Assembly (NCBI GenBank): GCA_965644295.1
Contig: CBFFRP010000598.1
Coordinates: 22,403 to 86,402, forward strand
Length of the DNA: 64,000 bases
Reading direction: 5' to 3'
Source: Paraphysomonas bandaiensis
Lineage: Eukaryota; Protista; Chrysophyceae
Below are positions 51,801 through 63,255 of the stretch, piece after piece. Within the stretch, counting starts at the first letter, position 1; each line of letters opens with the position of its first letter. A program made the position numbers and the translations under genes. Below the pieces are notes generated by a model. It had not been told where the DNA came from and made no database searches. It saw only the letters and a program-made list of their open reading frames with translations.

Positions 51801-53725
51801 CACGGCCCTTGTGGATTGATAGGTCATAGAGATCTTGTGTATGTGGCAGAGGTAATGTTATCTTGTTGAGTATGAGAAGTGTACGCATATATTAGTAGCA
51901 GTTTCACGACAGTGAGGAATAACCCTGTGCTTAACAACCACGTACTGATATCATGATGCTTTTAATTTTAACTGCAATCTGAGTCGATGTTATGCTACAG
52001 TGTTGTATATATTGTAGTCCATTATTTGGATGATATGGAGTTTAACAATTGTAAGCAGGATATGTATATTTGTCACGGCCCTTGTGGATTGATAGGTCAT
52101 AGAGATCTTGTGTATGTGGCAGAGGTAATGTTATCTTGTTGAGTATGAGAAGTGTATTCATATATTAGTAGCAGTTTCACGACAGTGAGGAATAACCCTG
52201 TGCTTAACAACCACGTACTGATATCATGATGCTTTTAATTTTAACTGCAATCTGAGTCGATGTTATGCTACAGTGTTGTATATATTGTAGTCCATTATTT
52301 GGATGATATGGAGTTTAACAATTGTAAGCAGGATATGTATATTTGTCACGGCCCTTGTGGATTGATAGGTCATAGAGATCTTGTGTATGTGGCAGAGGTA
52401 ATGTTATCTTGTTGAGTATGAGAAGTGTACGCATATATTAGTAGCAGTTTCACGACAGTGAGGAATAACCCTGTGCTTAACAACCACGTACTGATATCAT
52501 GATGCTTTTAATTTTAACTGCAATCTGAGTCGATGTTATGCTACAGTGTTGTATATATTGTAGTCCATTATTTGGATGATATGGAGTTTAACAATTGTAA
52601 GCAGGATATGTATATTTGTCACGGCCCTTGTGGATTGATAGGTCATAGAGATCTTGTGTATGTGGCAGAGGTAATGTTATCTTGTTGAGTATGAGAAGTG
52701 TATTCATATATTAGTAGCAGTTTCACGACAGTGAGGAATAACCCTGTGCTTAACAACCACGTACTGATATCATGATGCTTTTAATTTTAACTGCAATCTG
52801 AGTCGATGTTATGCTACAGTGTTGTATATATTGTAGTCCATTATTTGGATGATATGGAGTTTAACAATTGTAAGCAGGATATGTATATTTGTCACGGCCC
52901 TTGTGGATTGATAGGTCATAGAGATCTTGTGTATGTGGCAGAGGTAATGTTATCTTGTTGAGTATGAGAAGTGTATTCATATATTAGTAGCAGTTTCACG
53001 ACAGTGAGGAATAACCCTGTGCTTAACAACCACGTACTGATATCATGATGCTTTTAATTTTAACTGCAATCTGAGTCGATGTTATGCTACAGTGTTGTAT
53101 ATATTGTAGTCCATTATTTGGATGATATGGAGTTTAACAATTGTAAGCAGGATATGTATATTTGTCACGGCCCTTGTGGATTGATAGGTCATAGAGATCT
53201 TGTGTATGTGGCAGAGGTAATGTTATCTTGTTGAGTATGAGAAGTGTACGCATATATTAGTAGCAGTTTCACGACAGTGAGGAATAACCCTGTGCTTAAC
53301 AACCACGTACTGATATCATGATGCTTTTAATTTTAACTGCAATCTGAGTCGATGTTATGCTACAGTGTTGTATATATTGTAGTCCATTATTTGGATGATA
53401 TGGAGTTTAACAATTGTAAGCAGGATATGTATATTTGTCACGGCCCTTGTGGATTGATAGGTCATAGAGATCTTGTGTATGCGGCAGAGGTAATGTTATC
53501 TTGTTGAGTATGAGAAGTGTACGCATATATTAGTAGCAGTTTCACGACAGTGAGGAATAACCCTGTGCTTAACAACCACGTACTGATATCATGATGCTTT
53601 TAATTTTAACTGCAATCTGAGTCGATGTTATGCTACAGTGTTGTATATATTGTAGTCCATTATTTGGATGATATGGAGTTTAACAATTGTAAGCAGGATA
53701 TGTATATTTGTCACGGCCCTTGTGG
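48832..53725. repeat. Tandem array of 18 x 273-bp units (last unit truncated)
   Basis: tatgtggcagagg recurs at 48837, 49110, 49383 ... 53478 (period 273). Units are nearly identical. Confidence 0.97.
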
Positions 53726-54526
53726 GTTTGGTCTAGTCATGGACAGTTGGACGTCGGACTCCCACCACTACAGTGCAATATTTGCAACCTTTTGCGACCG
53801 AACCAATACTCCGAATTTGTTATTGTTGTCTTGTAATGTGCAAGAGGATATTGATGACAACACTGTTTTCGATGAAGATCTACCTGATGAAGAGAAATTC
53901 TACGGATTCACTGCTGCGGATTGGTTTGATACTGTCGTAGAAGTTCAGACAGTGATTATTGCAACAATACAGAGGATGATGAAGCTGAAGTTGGCTATGC
54001 GGATAAAATTCTTCAATCAGCTCAAAAACTTAAGAAGCGGAAAGTTGAAATATCTAAGTACAGGTGCACGAGTCATGTAGTATGTACTTCCAATACGTGT
54101 GAACGCCTGTTCAGCGCAGCAAAACTGATTATATCAGTGTTGCGCAAACGTATGCATCCTACTGCACTTAATATGCTGTTGTTTCTGAAAGCTAACCGAC
54201 AGTTGTGGCCGGATGCAAGCATATTTCAATCGATATTGAATGAATATGGTGATGATGATGTCACCGATGATGGCTCAGAGGATGAGTATGAGGAAACTTT
54301 TAATTAGTTAAGAGTAGTGGGTTTGATTATCAAGTGACCTTAGACCTTATAAAATATGGCAAGTACTAAAACTGAAAACTACGGATGTGTTTACTTACTG
54401 ATTAGTCATACTAATATATTGCAATATATTGCAATAGTATTGTAGGGCCGGTTTAAAAAATCCATCAATACTACTGATGGAACGCTACCTAACAATAGTA
54501 TTGCAATATATTGTTCCCTATCCCTG
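53725..54526 (+). mobile_element. Internally deleted hAT transposon relic (transposase fragments + right TIR)
   Basis: FGLVMDSWTSDSHHYSAIFA (first catalytic Asp region). In another frame, CTSNTCERLFSAAKLIISVLRKRMHPTALNMLLFLKANRQLW (hATC dimerisation domain), stop ~54303. Subterminal attgcaat repeats and terminus ...ccctatccctg (reverse complement CAGGG). Confidence 0.85.
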
Positions 54527-55023
54527 CCTAGCCCTGGTTGATTTCTATTCACCAGGACAGTAGCTGTATCCCCTTTACTGCTACTAAAACTTCTCACATT
54601 CACCTACACAACCTTGGGCACCTACCCATCTCGGTAGTCAAATTGGATGACATACATCACTCCGAAACTACCTCAGCCCTCACGAAATGTTCCAGAGCAG
54701 TTTGAAACCCTACAAGTGTAACGCACATCTTCGTCTCACAACCAGCCACTGAGTGATCTAGAAACATCTCCAATATTATGTCGGCATATGCGCATTACGA
54801 TGATCGCGAGTAGCATATGAGGGATATATATACCAAAATATAGCTGCAGCAGAAAGCAGAAACAAGCACTATGTGTCAAGTATGCGCACAGCTCGCGAAC
54901 AGCATCAACAAATTTGATACGAATATCATAACATAATAGGCCTCATATGAGAAAGAAGTATACTCAGCAGAGATTTATCCTCCCACTTCCAGCAACTCCC
55001 AGTGACCAAAACTGACCCGATTG

Positions 55024-55412
55024 TGTATGTATGTATGTATGTATGTATGTATGTATGTATGTATGTATGTATGTATGTATGTATGTATGTATGTATGTAT
55101 GTATGTATGTATGTATGTATGTATGTATGTATGTATGTATGTATGTATGTATGTATGTATGTATGTATGTATGTATGTATGTATGTATGTATGTATGTAT
55201 GTATGTATGTATGTATGTATGTATGTATGTATGTATGTATGTATGTATGTATGTATGTATGTATGTATGTATGTATGTATGTATGTATGTATGTATGTAT
55301 GTATGTATGTATGTATGTATGTATGTATGTATGTATGTATGTATGTATGTATGTATGTATGTATGTATGTATGTATGTATGTATGTATGTATGTATGTAT
55401 GTATGTATGTAT
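55024..55412. repeat. Perfect (TATG)n array, ~390 bp
   Basis: Direct inspection. Confidence 0.98.
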
Positions 55413-55607
55413 CTTTCGGAGGAAAAATATGAGAAAGTTGTTTTAGGAGGTGTGGATATGTAGATATTGTTGGTATGCGATTGGTGGAGTGAGGAGTTGA
55501 AGATTTTCAAGGATTTTCAGTCACTATGAACTCTTGTCGGGTATCTGGACCTGTACTGGAGTTGGTGTTCATCGCCTTTAGATTCATACACGGGTGCACA
55601 AGCTGGT

Positions 55608-57572
55608 ATGTCAGAAGAAGTGGAGTGCCGGGGACATGGAGTCTGCGGTGTGTGTCTGGAGACCTCTGCCACTCTATGTCAGCCCCAGCCTCAGTGCGGT
55701 TCCAGGACTATCTGTCGTAGGTGTCTGGTGGACTATGTTGCCTTCACTGTCGATTCAGCATATAGTGGGCTCTGCCCTACTCTCTACTGTCCTCTATGCC
55801 ATGGCAAAGACAGACATGTGTTGTCATTGAAGTGGCTGTCAGGTATAGTTGGGCAAGACTATATTGTCAAGTATGAGAACTTAGCGTCTATACTGCTATC
55901 CCTTCAGTGTTCTGCTTGCCACTCCAGGAAGTCGGTTTCTATTCAGGTTACGGATGCTGTGAGAACTGCAGCGATGTCAAAATTTCAACATGTTCTCGAT
56001 ACATTTGCTGATTTTGTAAGAGATGTTTCCTACTTTGAGACAGGTGCTATTGATGTTGAAATTTTTTACAATATCTTGTGCGAGAACCATTTCCCTGTTA
56101 TTATTTCAAGCTCCAGTGACTCCGTTGCTTGGGAAACAATGAAAACCGTTCTGGAGTGTGTACTCAACCCAGAACGACGAGCTAACCTCCAACTTAGGTA
56201 CTTCCGTTCTCGTCCTAGGGTATGGACTAGTTGTTGTCATCGTCAAATGTGCTTTCGCTGTCGTACTCGCGAATATCACGAAGGCAAGAGCTGTTCTGTT
56301 GCACTCAGTGGAGATATTGTTTCATGCTCTGGATGCGGAGTGAGTATTGTCAAAGGAGATGGTTGCAATTTAATTACATGCGTGTGCGGATTTACGTTTA
56401 ATTTTGCTACTCAACTTAGTAATGTGCGTGCCGCACATCTATTTCACGAGGCCTTTCCTCATGACACTGCAATGATATGCGTGTCCTCACAGTGTGGTTC
56501 TCTTAGTGGTGAATCATTTGATTTAAAGCAGGCTTTAGCATGGGAAAGTATACACAAGGAAGAGTGTACACGGGCTTACATGCTCTGGTGGAAACAACAA
56601 TTCCCCTGTTGCCCAACTCAGTGTGCTGTTGTGATTGACTCTGGAAGGACGCACTATAACGAGCTGGGACTAGATAAAGCTCGTAAGGCATGGATCAAAT
56701 TCCATCCCGTCGAAACAGAGCGTTGTCGAAGTCAGTTGAATTCAGCCCGTTTTTTGATATTTTCGTCATTGTATCTTGAGGAATCAGAGAGACTGTGTGC
56801 GGCCATGCGGTGGACCTCTACTGTCGCTCTGGAGCACGATGGAATGACGCGCGGGCTGAGTAGTGGACAGCTCACAGACATATATTCCACAGCTAAAATG
56901 TTTCTTGAGGCAACGCCAAATTGGAAAATATTTAAGACTGAGTCATCTGCCAAGCAATTCTTGATTTTATTTGGTTTAAGGCGCGTGGTTTTCCATGCCT
57001 GTTCACCTGGAAAGGACATTTCCACTTATTGCAGTAACCATGAGAACGTTTTCACTGGATTTTTGGCGTCCATTACATTAAATGTTGGAAGCTTGGTTAA
57101 GCGCACTGACAATAGTTTGTTGTCTTCTAATGGTAGAGTGCTAGTTTCACATGGAGACGGGACATATGATGTACAATGGGGAATAGACGGCCCCGTTCAG
57201 CGGGTGCATCGGGCAGGTTTACGTTTTGTATCGCGTGGATTAATTCTAAAGCCATGCTTGGATATGAGTGACCAGCAATACCAGACATTTGAGGCCTATA
57301 TAACGCTTCTTCGCATCTTATGTTCGGAAGAGGGTAATGACATTCGTTCTCGCGAGGGACTGGTGGAATTTTATGAACATCATTGTGGTGGTGTCAATGA
57401 AGCTGCAATTGAAGTCGCCAAGTTGCAGCCTATGGTGGCATTACTTTTGGATCAAAATTGTCGTTCTAAGCTTCAGGAAGGAGAGATTCTTTGCTATGAA
57501 TGCCGCTGGACTGATGTATACTACGCTTGTGCATGGATGGGGGGCAATTTGGAAGCTTTGCAGCGTGCGTGA
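55608..57572 (+). CDS. RBR (RING-IBR-RING)-type E3 ubiquitin ligase-like protein
   Basis: RING1 CGVC...ICRRC...CPLC, IBR-like CCHRQMCFRC...YHEGKSC, RING2 CSGCGVSIVKGDGCNLITCVCG. Intronless 654-aa ORF. Confidence 0.8.
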   Translation: MSEEVECRGHGVCGVCLETSATLCQPQPQCGSRTICRRCLVDYVAFTVDSAYSGLCPTLYCPLCHGKDRHVLSLKWLSGIVGQDYIVKYENLASILLSLQCSACHSRKSVSIQVTDAVRTAAMSKFQHVLDTFADFVRDVSYFETGAIDVEIFYNILCENHFPVIISSSSDSVAWETMKTVLECVLNPERRANLQLRYFRSRPRVWTSCCHRQMCFRCRTREYHEGKSCSVALSGDIVSCSGCGVSIVKGDGCNLITCVCGFTFNFATQLSNVRAAHLFHEAFPHDTAMICVSSQCGSLSGESFDLKQALAWESIHKEECTRAYMLWWKQQFPCCPTQCAVVIDSGRTHYNELGLDKARKAWIKFHPVETERCRSQLNSARFLIFSSLYLEESERLCAAMRWTSTVALEHDGMTRGLSSGQLTDIYSTAKMFLEATPNWKIFKTESSAKQFLILFGLRRVVFHACSPGKDISTYCSNHENVFTGFLASITLNVGSLVKRTDNSLLSSNGRVLVSHGDGTYDVQWGIDGPVQRVHRAGLRFVSRGLILKPCLDMSDQQYQTFEAYITLLRILCSEEGNDIRSREGLVEFYEHHCGGVNEAAIEVAKLQPMVALLLDQNCRSKLQEGEILCYECRWTDVYYACAWMGGNLEALQRA

Positions 57573-58751
57573 GAATGTGCTTTTATTTGGAGTAGACTAT
57601 TATCTGTGAAGGTTCTGCCCCCCCTAGCCTTTTTTAAAATTATAATAGCCTCTGTCGAGGCTTAAGTGCTTCCAGAGCAAGTATAATATCAAGCCATGAT
57701 TATTTATGTATTCCTTCTTGATGATTATCACTGTAGAAAAATAGGAGTACTGGTGTCATTAATCGAATGCCATCATCAAAATCAAACAGCAATATAGTAT
57801 ATATCATGATGTGATAACACTCTCATTGAATTTGAATTTGTTGAAACGCATACAGTTTTACTATCTTTTTTGACATTAAATTAGTTTTTCATTCACTTAC
57901 AACTATCTTACAACTATCTATTACAACTATCTTTTCTCCCTGATTCTTCTGAATTAGAATCATGCATTATTAATCGCCTGCTTGATGACAAAATTATTAA
58001 TGAATTTGTATTAAGTTTTCAAAAAGTCGAAATTAAAAACCAATCACATTTCTTTTTTCAAAACTCGAAATCTTTAAAAGACAATAACTGAAATAATATA
58101 ACAAATCAAAATCTTCAGGAGGCAAAAACTGAAAAAAATTAATTTTAGAGGGCCCCCGAGGGCCGAGGGCCCTTGCGGGCCGCAATAAAACCTTATCAAT
58201 CTTCAATGTAATCATTGCCCTATACAACACTCTTTGTTCCCTGTGGGCCGATATTTCGGGGATACGTTGTTAATGATACATTTAGCTCAAATAATATTGA
58301 TACAGTAACTTCATGTTTTAGTAAAAAATGGACGACTCGGCAATATATTGCTATTTTATAGAGGATGAGTAATGTGCGATTATATATGTAAAATTATTCC
58401 AACTGAATTGATAGCAGATAATTTGTACAAAGACATGATAATTATGATTAAAACTATAATCTATAGACACCTACAGTATAAAAGGTTATACTGTTTCTGC
58501 TAAATTAAGATATAAAACTTGTCATTATATCTAATACGTACACTATTCGAGTCAGATACACAGGTTCACCATTCCCTAGACATAATATCATTTCGTACTA
58601 ACCTCCATTTCATGTTTTCCAGTTCAAGATTGAGAATAATTAACTTATATCGGTTAACGATACAATGATGTACAGCAATCTTTTAGAACTAAGTACAATA
58701 ATAGCACCACACCATTCTACTCACCTACATGGAAATTCTAGAAATAATGCT

Positions 58752-59352
58752 TCAGAATCCTGTATGAATCCTAGACTTCACTCTGTAGATAAGCTCCAGG
58801 ACTTGCTGAATTGATTCTTCTTCAAAGCGAGACAAACTTGGTATCCATGCTAGAGCTTCTTCGACTTCGCAATTCTAAAATGACTTGGTATTAGTAAACC
58901 AGTGAAGAAAGCATTGGCCTTACATATGGGGCGAGATTCGCGAGTTGGGCAACTTCAAATTCATGCAGCCTCGCCATCTTACCATCAATTTTTTGAACTA
59001 ACTCTGATGACGATAACCCACTAAAAAACATTAAGTGTCAACAATAAATAATTGATACATTGTACCCGCGAAGTTCAGAGGCAGCATTTCTCAAAGAGTC
59101 AGTATCAGATGTAGCCGCTAATTTCTGTGTATACTTATGCGTCTTATTAAAAGTGCTGCATCAACAACAGTTACTTATATCATAACGCAAGCATGTAACT
59201 AACTCATTCGTATGTCCCAGCTGCTCATTAACTTTTCTATTTCTCTCCAGCAAAATATGCACCTCATCATTCATTAAAAACTGAACATCATCTGAAAACT
59301 CTTTGCCGAACTGCAACTCAGCAGCATTCCCATCATCATCAGCATCGTCCAT
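58752..59352 (-). CDS. RPB4: RNA polymerase II subunit RPB4
   Basis: NAAELQFGKEF, LMNDEV, TFNKTHKY, LHEFEVAQLANL, EEALAWIPSL. Three short introns. Confidence 0.92.
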
Positions 59353-59422
59353 TACGATATTAAACAGCTAAAATTCAGAAATCACAACAATGAAGTGAGC
59401 TATGCATGCTCTCGAGGCACTC

Positions 59423-59822
59423 TATGTATGTATGTATGTATGTATGTATGTATGTATGTATGTATGTATGTATGTATGTATGTATGTATGTATGTATGTA
59501 TGTATGTATGTATGTATGTATGTATGTATGTATGTATGTATGTATGTATGTATGTATGTATGTATGTATGTATGTATGTATGTATGTATGTATGTATGTA
59601 TGTATGTATGTATGTATGTATGTATGTATGTATGTATGTATGTATGTATGTATGTATGTATGTATGTATGTATGTATGTATGTATGTATGTATGTATGTA
59701 TGTATGTATGTATGTATGTATGTATGTATGTATGTATGTATGTATGTATGTATGTATGTATGTATGTATGTATGTATGTATGTATGTATGTATGTATGTA
59801 TGTATGTATGTATGTATGTATG

Positions 59823-59854
<32 letters not shown>

Positions 59855-60068
59855 TGTATGTATGTATGTATGTATGTATGTATGTATGTATGTATGTATG
59901 TATGTATGTATGTATGTATGTATGTATGTATGTATGTATGTATGTATGTATGTATGTATGTATGTATGTATGTATGTATGTATGTATGTATGTATGTATG
60001 AATGTATGTATGTATGTATGTATGTATGTATGTATGTATGTATGTATGTATGTATGTATGTATGTATG

Positions 60069-60102
<34 letters not shown>

Positions 60103-60612
60103 TGTATGTATGTATGTATGTATGTATGTATGTATGTATGCATGTATGTATGTATGTATGTATGTATGTATGTATGTATGTATGTATGTATGTATGTATG
60201 TATGTATGTATGTATGTATGTATGTATGTATGTATGTATGTATGTATGTATGTATGTATGTATGTATGTATGTATGTATGTATGTATGTATGTATGTATG
60301 TATGTATGTATGTATGTATGTATGTATGTATGTATGAATGTATGTATGTATGTATGTATGTATGTATGTATGTATGTATGTATGTATGTATGTATGTATG
60401 TATGTACGTATGTATGTATGTATGTATGTATGTATGTATGTATGTATGTATGTATGTATGTATGTATGTATGTATGTATGTATGTATGTATGTATGTATG
60501 TATGTATGTATGTATGTATGTATGTATGTATGTATGTATGTATGTATGTATGTATGTATGTATGTATGTATGTATGTATGTATGTATGTATGTATGTATG
60601 TATGTATGTATG
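59423..60612. repeat. (TATG)n array, ~1.2 kb
   Basis: Direct inspection; a few TATA, CATG, AATG and TACG variants. Confidence 0.98.
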
Positions 60613-60813
60613 ATGTATGTATATGTGTGTCGGTTTCATATGGTATTAAGTTAGAGGGTTGTGCTCTAATACTCTATTGCGGAGCTACAGGCGTGTATTG
60701 GGGATCTTCTAAGGGGTCTGAGTGAGATTAATCAGAGTCAAGCTTGTTTATCATGTCTTTTAATGGTAGTGTGTGTTGTGTTGCTGTGTGTGTGTAATGT
60801 GCATTCAGGTTCA

Positions 60814-62835
60814 ATGTCGCTGTCGTCTTCTATGAAGTCTGTTCAAGACTTGCCCAATTTGCCTGGTATTCGACGGTCTGCCCTGAGTAGCAACCCGAAG
60901 CTGTTCAAGGATTATCTTTCAGACACTCTGGGCTCTGAATCCATGCAAAGGAGCGTCTCTGCTGACTTCATCAATGATCCCGAGTACATCCGATCCATCA
61001 AATCTTCATTGAATCCGTATCCCCGTGAAACTCCTAATTTTAATGATATTTCTGGACGCTACAGTTTGTGCTCCAGGCAGCGCGATTCTAGGTCGAATAG
61101 AAAAGCCCTTCCTTATAGTGATATTAGTAATGCCCCTGCCTTCGTTACGAATAAAGACCAAATCTGCAACTTCACTGCAATTTTCACTGAAGATGTCCCA
61201 GAAAATTTGGAGGAGCCGAAGAGAGTACGGGTAGTTGATATCGCGGTCTACGTGACTGATAATTCAATGGAAATACGGGAGCCCTTTGTCCATAACAGCG
61301 GATTAGTTCAAGGCAAACTTCTTCGACGCCATAATGTGCAAAAGCCCGATGGTTCTGGCCATTACACTTTGAAAGATTTTCACGCGGGCGCTATTCTTGA
61401 CATCTATAGCCGTGAATACACTATTCTCAGTTGTAATGATTTTACTAATCGACTCTTGGCAAGTATCGGTGTGGATTTCGGGCAACACTTGCCTACTCCA
61501 GACACAACAGATATTCGACTCATGAAGCTACGAAGATCTACACCCAATATATCTTCCAACGAAAGCTTTTCATCCACTGGACGACCCTTCACTGCTTTGT
61601 CCAAGAGTTTCTACGAGCATGATAAAATGGTACTTCGATTCTTTGGATACTGGGAAGGCAAGGAAGTTCCTAAGCCAATCAAATACTCTGTTCGGATTCA
61701 CTATTATCTAGTTGATGATACCATTGAAATTATATCCGAGTATAGCCGCAATGATGGAAGGGACCGTACACCAAAATTTCTTAGGAAAATGCGCATACTG
61801 AAGCCTAATAATAGCACACCTATAGTTACAACCTCCGCACAGGCGGAATCAGTCGATAGCTCTAATTATTACCATTTCACAGATCTGTATATTGGTGCTG
61901 TGATAAATGTGGTGGGAAATGAAATTCTCATCTATGATGCTGATAAGTTTACCCGAAACTATTACGAGCAGCACCACTTCCCTCTCAGTGAGAGAATACC
62001 AGTCCAGCTGGAGGAGGCACCTAAGAAATACAGCGTGAGCCCTCCCCCCTATAACGGATTTGGCTCAGAGGAAGATTCTCTTCAAACATGCAGCGGAAGC
62101 TTGATGCCCAAAGCTCCGAAGAAAGATGGTCTGAAAGCAAAACTCTATGCTCAGCAGATTCTCCGGTTTCGAATGAAGTTCCGTACACCCAAGGTTGGTA
62201 ATTATTCTGCTCTCATGTAATACCACTTGCCTGCGTGTATGTGAATGCAGTGAAAGCGTAAACCAGTTCTAATTAGTTATTTTCAGCCTGTGGATGCTGC
62301 GAGAGAGTTCAACCTCAAAGTGTTCCTTGAAGATGATACAATTCAGATAAATGAAGTGCCAGTTCGTAACTCTGGTTTCGGGGCAGGTAAGTTCTTGTCT
62401 CGTTCCCGTCAAAAGCACAAGGATGGCCGCCGGATCGTTCCGGGGGACATAGTACTTGGGACAGTGCTCTTCATTCAGTCTTATGAATTCATTGTCGTTG
62501 ATGCCGATGAGTACTCTCTTAAATACATGGAGCAGAATCCTGAGATATGGAAAGAGAGTTCCCTTGAGCATATTGCCATGAAGCTCCGAGCTCGTGAGGA
62601 TCAATTAAGAGATACTCTTGTGAAGTTGAAAGACCGCGCTCTAGAGGATGCCCCGTACGATGAAATTAACGACCTGTTGATTGAGGCAGGCATAGTGCTC
62701 ACTACCCAGGAATCTCTGACTCTTATGAGGGCAATCGATAAGCAGAGAAAAGGTCGCGCCAAATTTTTCAGAATATTTAGGATTATCAGTGAAGATGATA
62801 TGTTTCAGTCATGGAGCAGGAAATTCTCTGCATAA
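60814..62835 (+). CDS. EFHC1/EFHC2/Rib72-like axonemal protein (3 DM10 domains + EF-hand-like tail)
   Basis: DNSMEIREPFVHNSGLVQGKLLRRH, VLRFFGYW...YYLVDDTIEI, PPPYNGFGSEEDSLQTC, FLEDDTIQINEVPVRNSGFGAGKFL. Intron ~62194-62286. Confidence 0.92.
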
Positions 62836-63255
62836 GCACACCTGCTCCGGAGTACGCGAAAATAAAGAGAGAATGCATGATGCAAAATTTGGGTGTGTCA
62901 CCCGTAGTTAGTGAGGGATATATACACGCTTTTTATCTTCATAGATACGTTAATGTTATTTTTTGCATTTGTTCTGCATATGATGAAAATTTACAATAAG
63001 ACTACAAACTCTTGTAGGTAGACTAATCATTCAACAAAATACTTATAATGATAAGTTTAAATCAATTCAAACGCTGGAGTATTTAACATCTATATACTAC
63101 TCATGAGTAGAGGGGAATTTCGGATGCTCCAATGCTTATTGGTATTTGGAGTTGCTTACTTTTTCCTATCGATGCTATTTTCGCGCATTGTAGAAATAAT
63201 CAAATAAAGTTATGTACGATATGGTATCGATAATACCTTCTTTGTTTGTAGAACA

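Noticed and set aside
48832-53725. CRISPR-like or coding interpretation of the 273-bp array (273 = 91 codons)
   Set aside because: There are no unique spacers and no cas genes, and the context is eukaryotic. The units contain stops, and the ORF track shows no ORF of 60 aa or more within them.
58140-58260. GC-rich palindromic patch (gggccccc gagggccgagggccc) and a ...gttccctg end; similar ...ggtaccctg at ~45255
   Set aside because: These may be transposon termini, but no partner TIR or TSD could be found.
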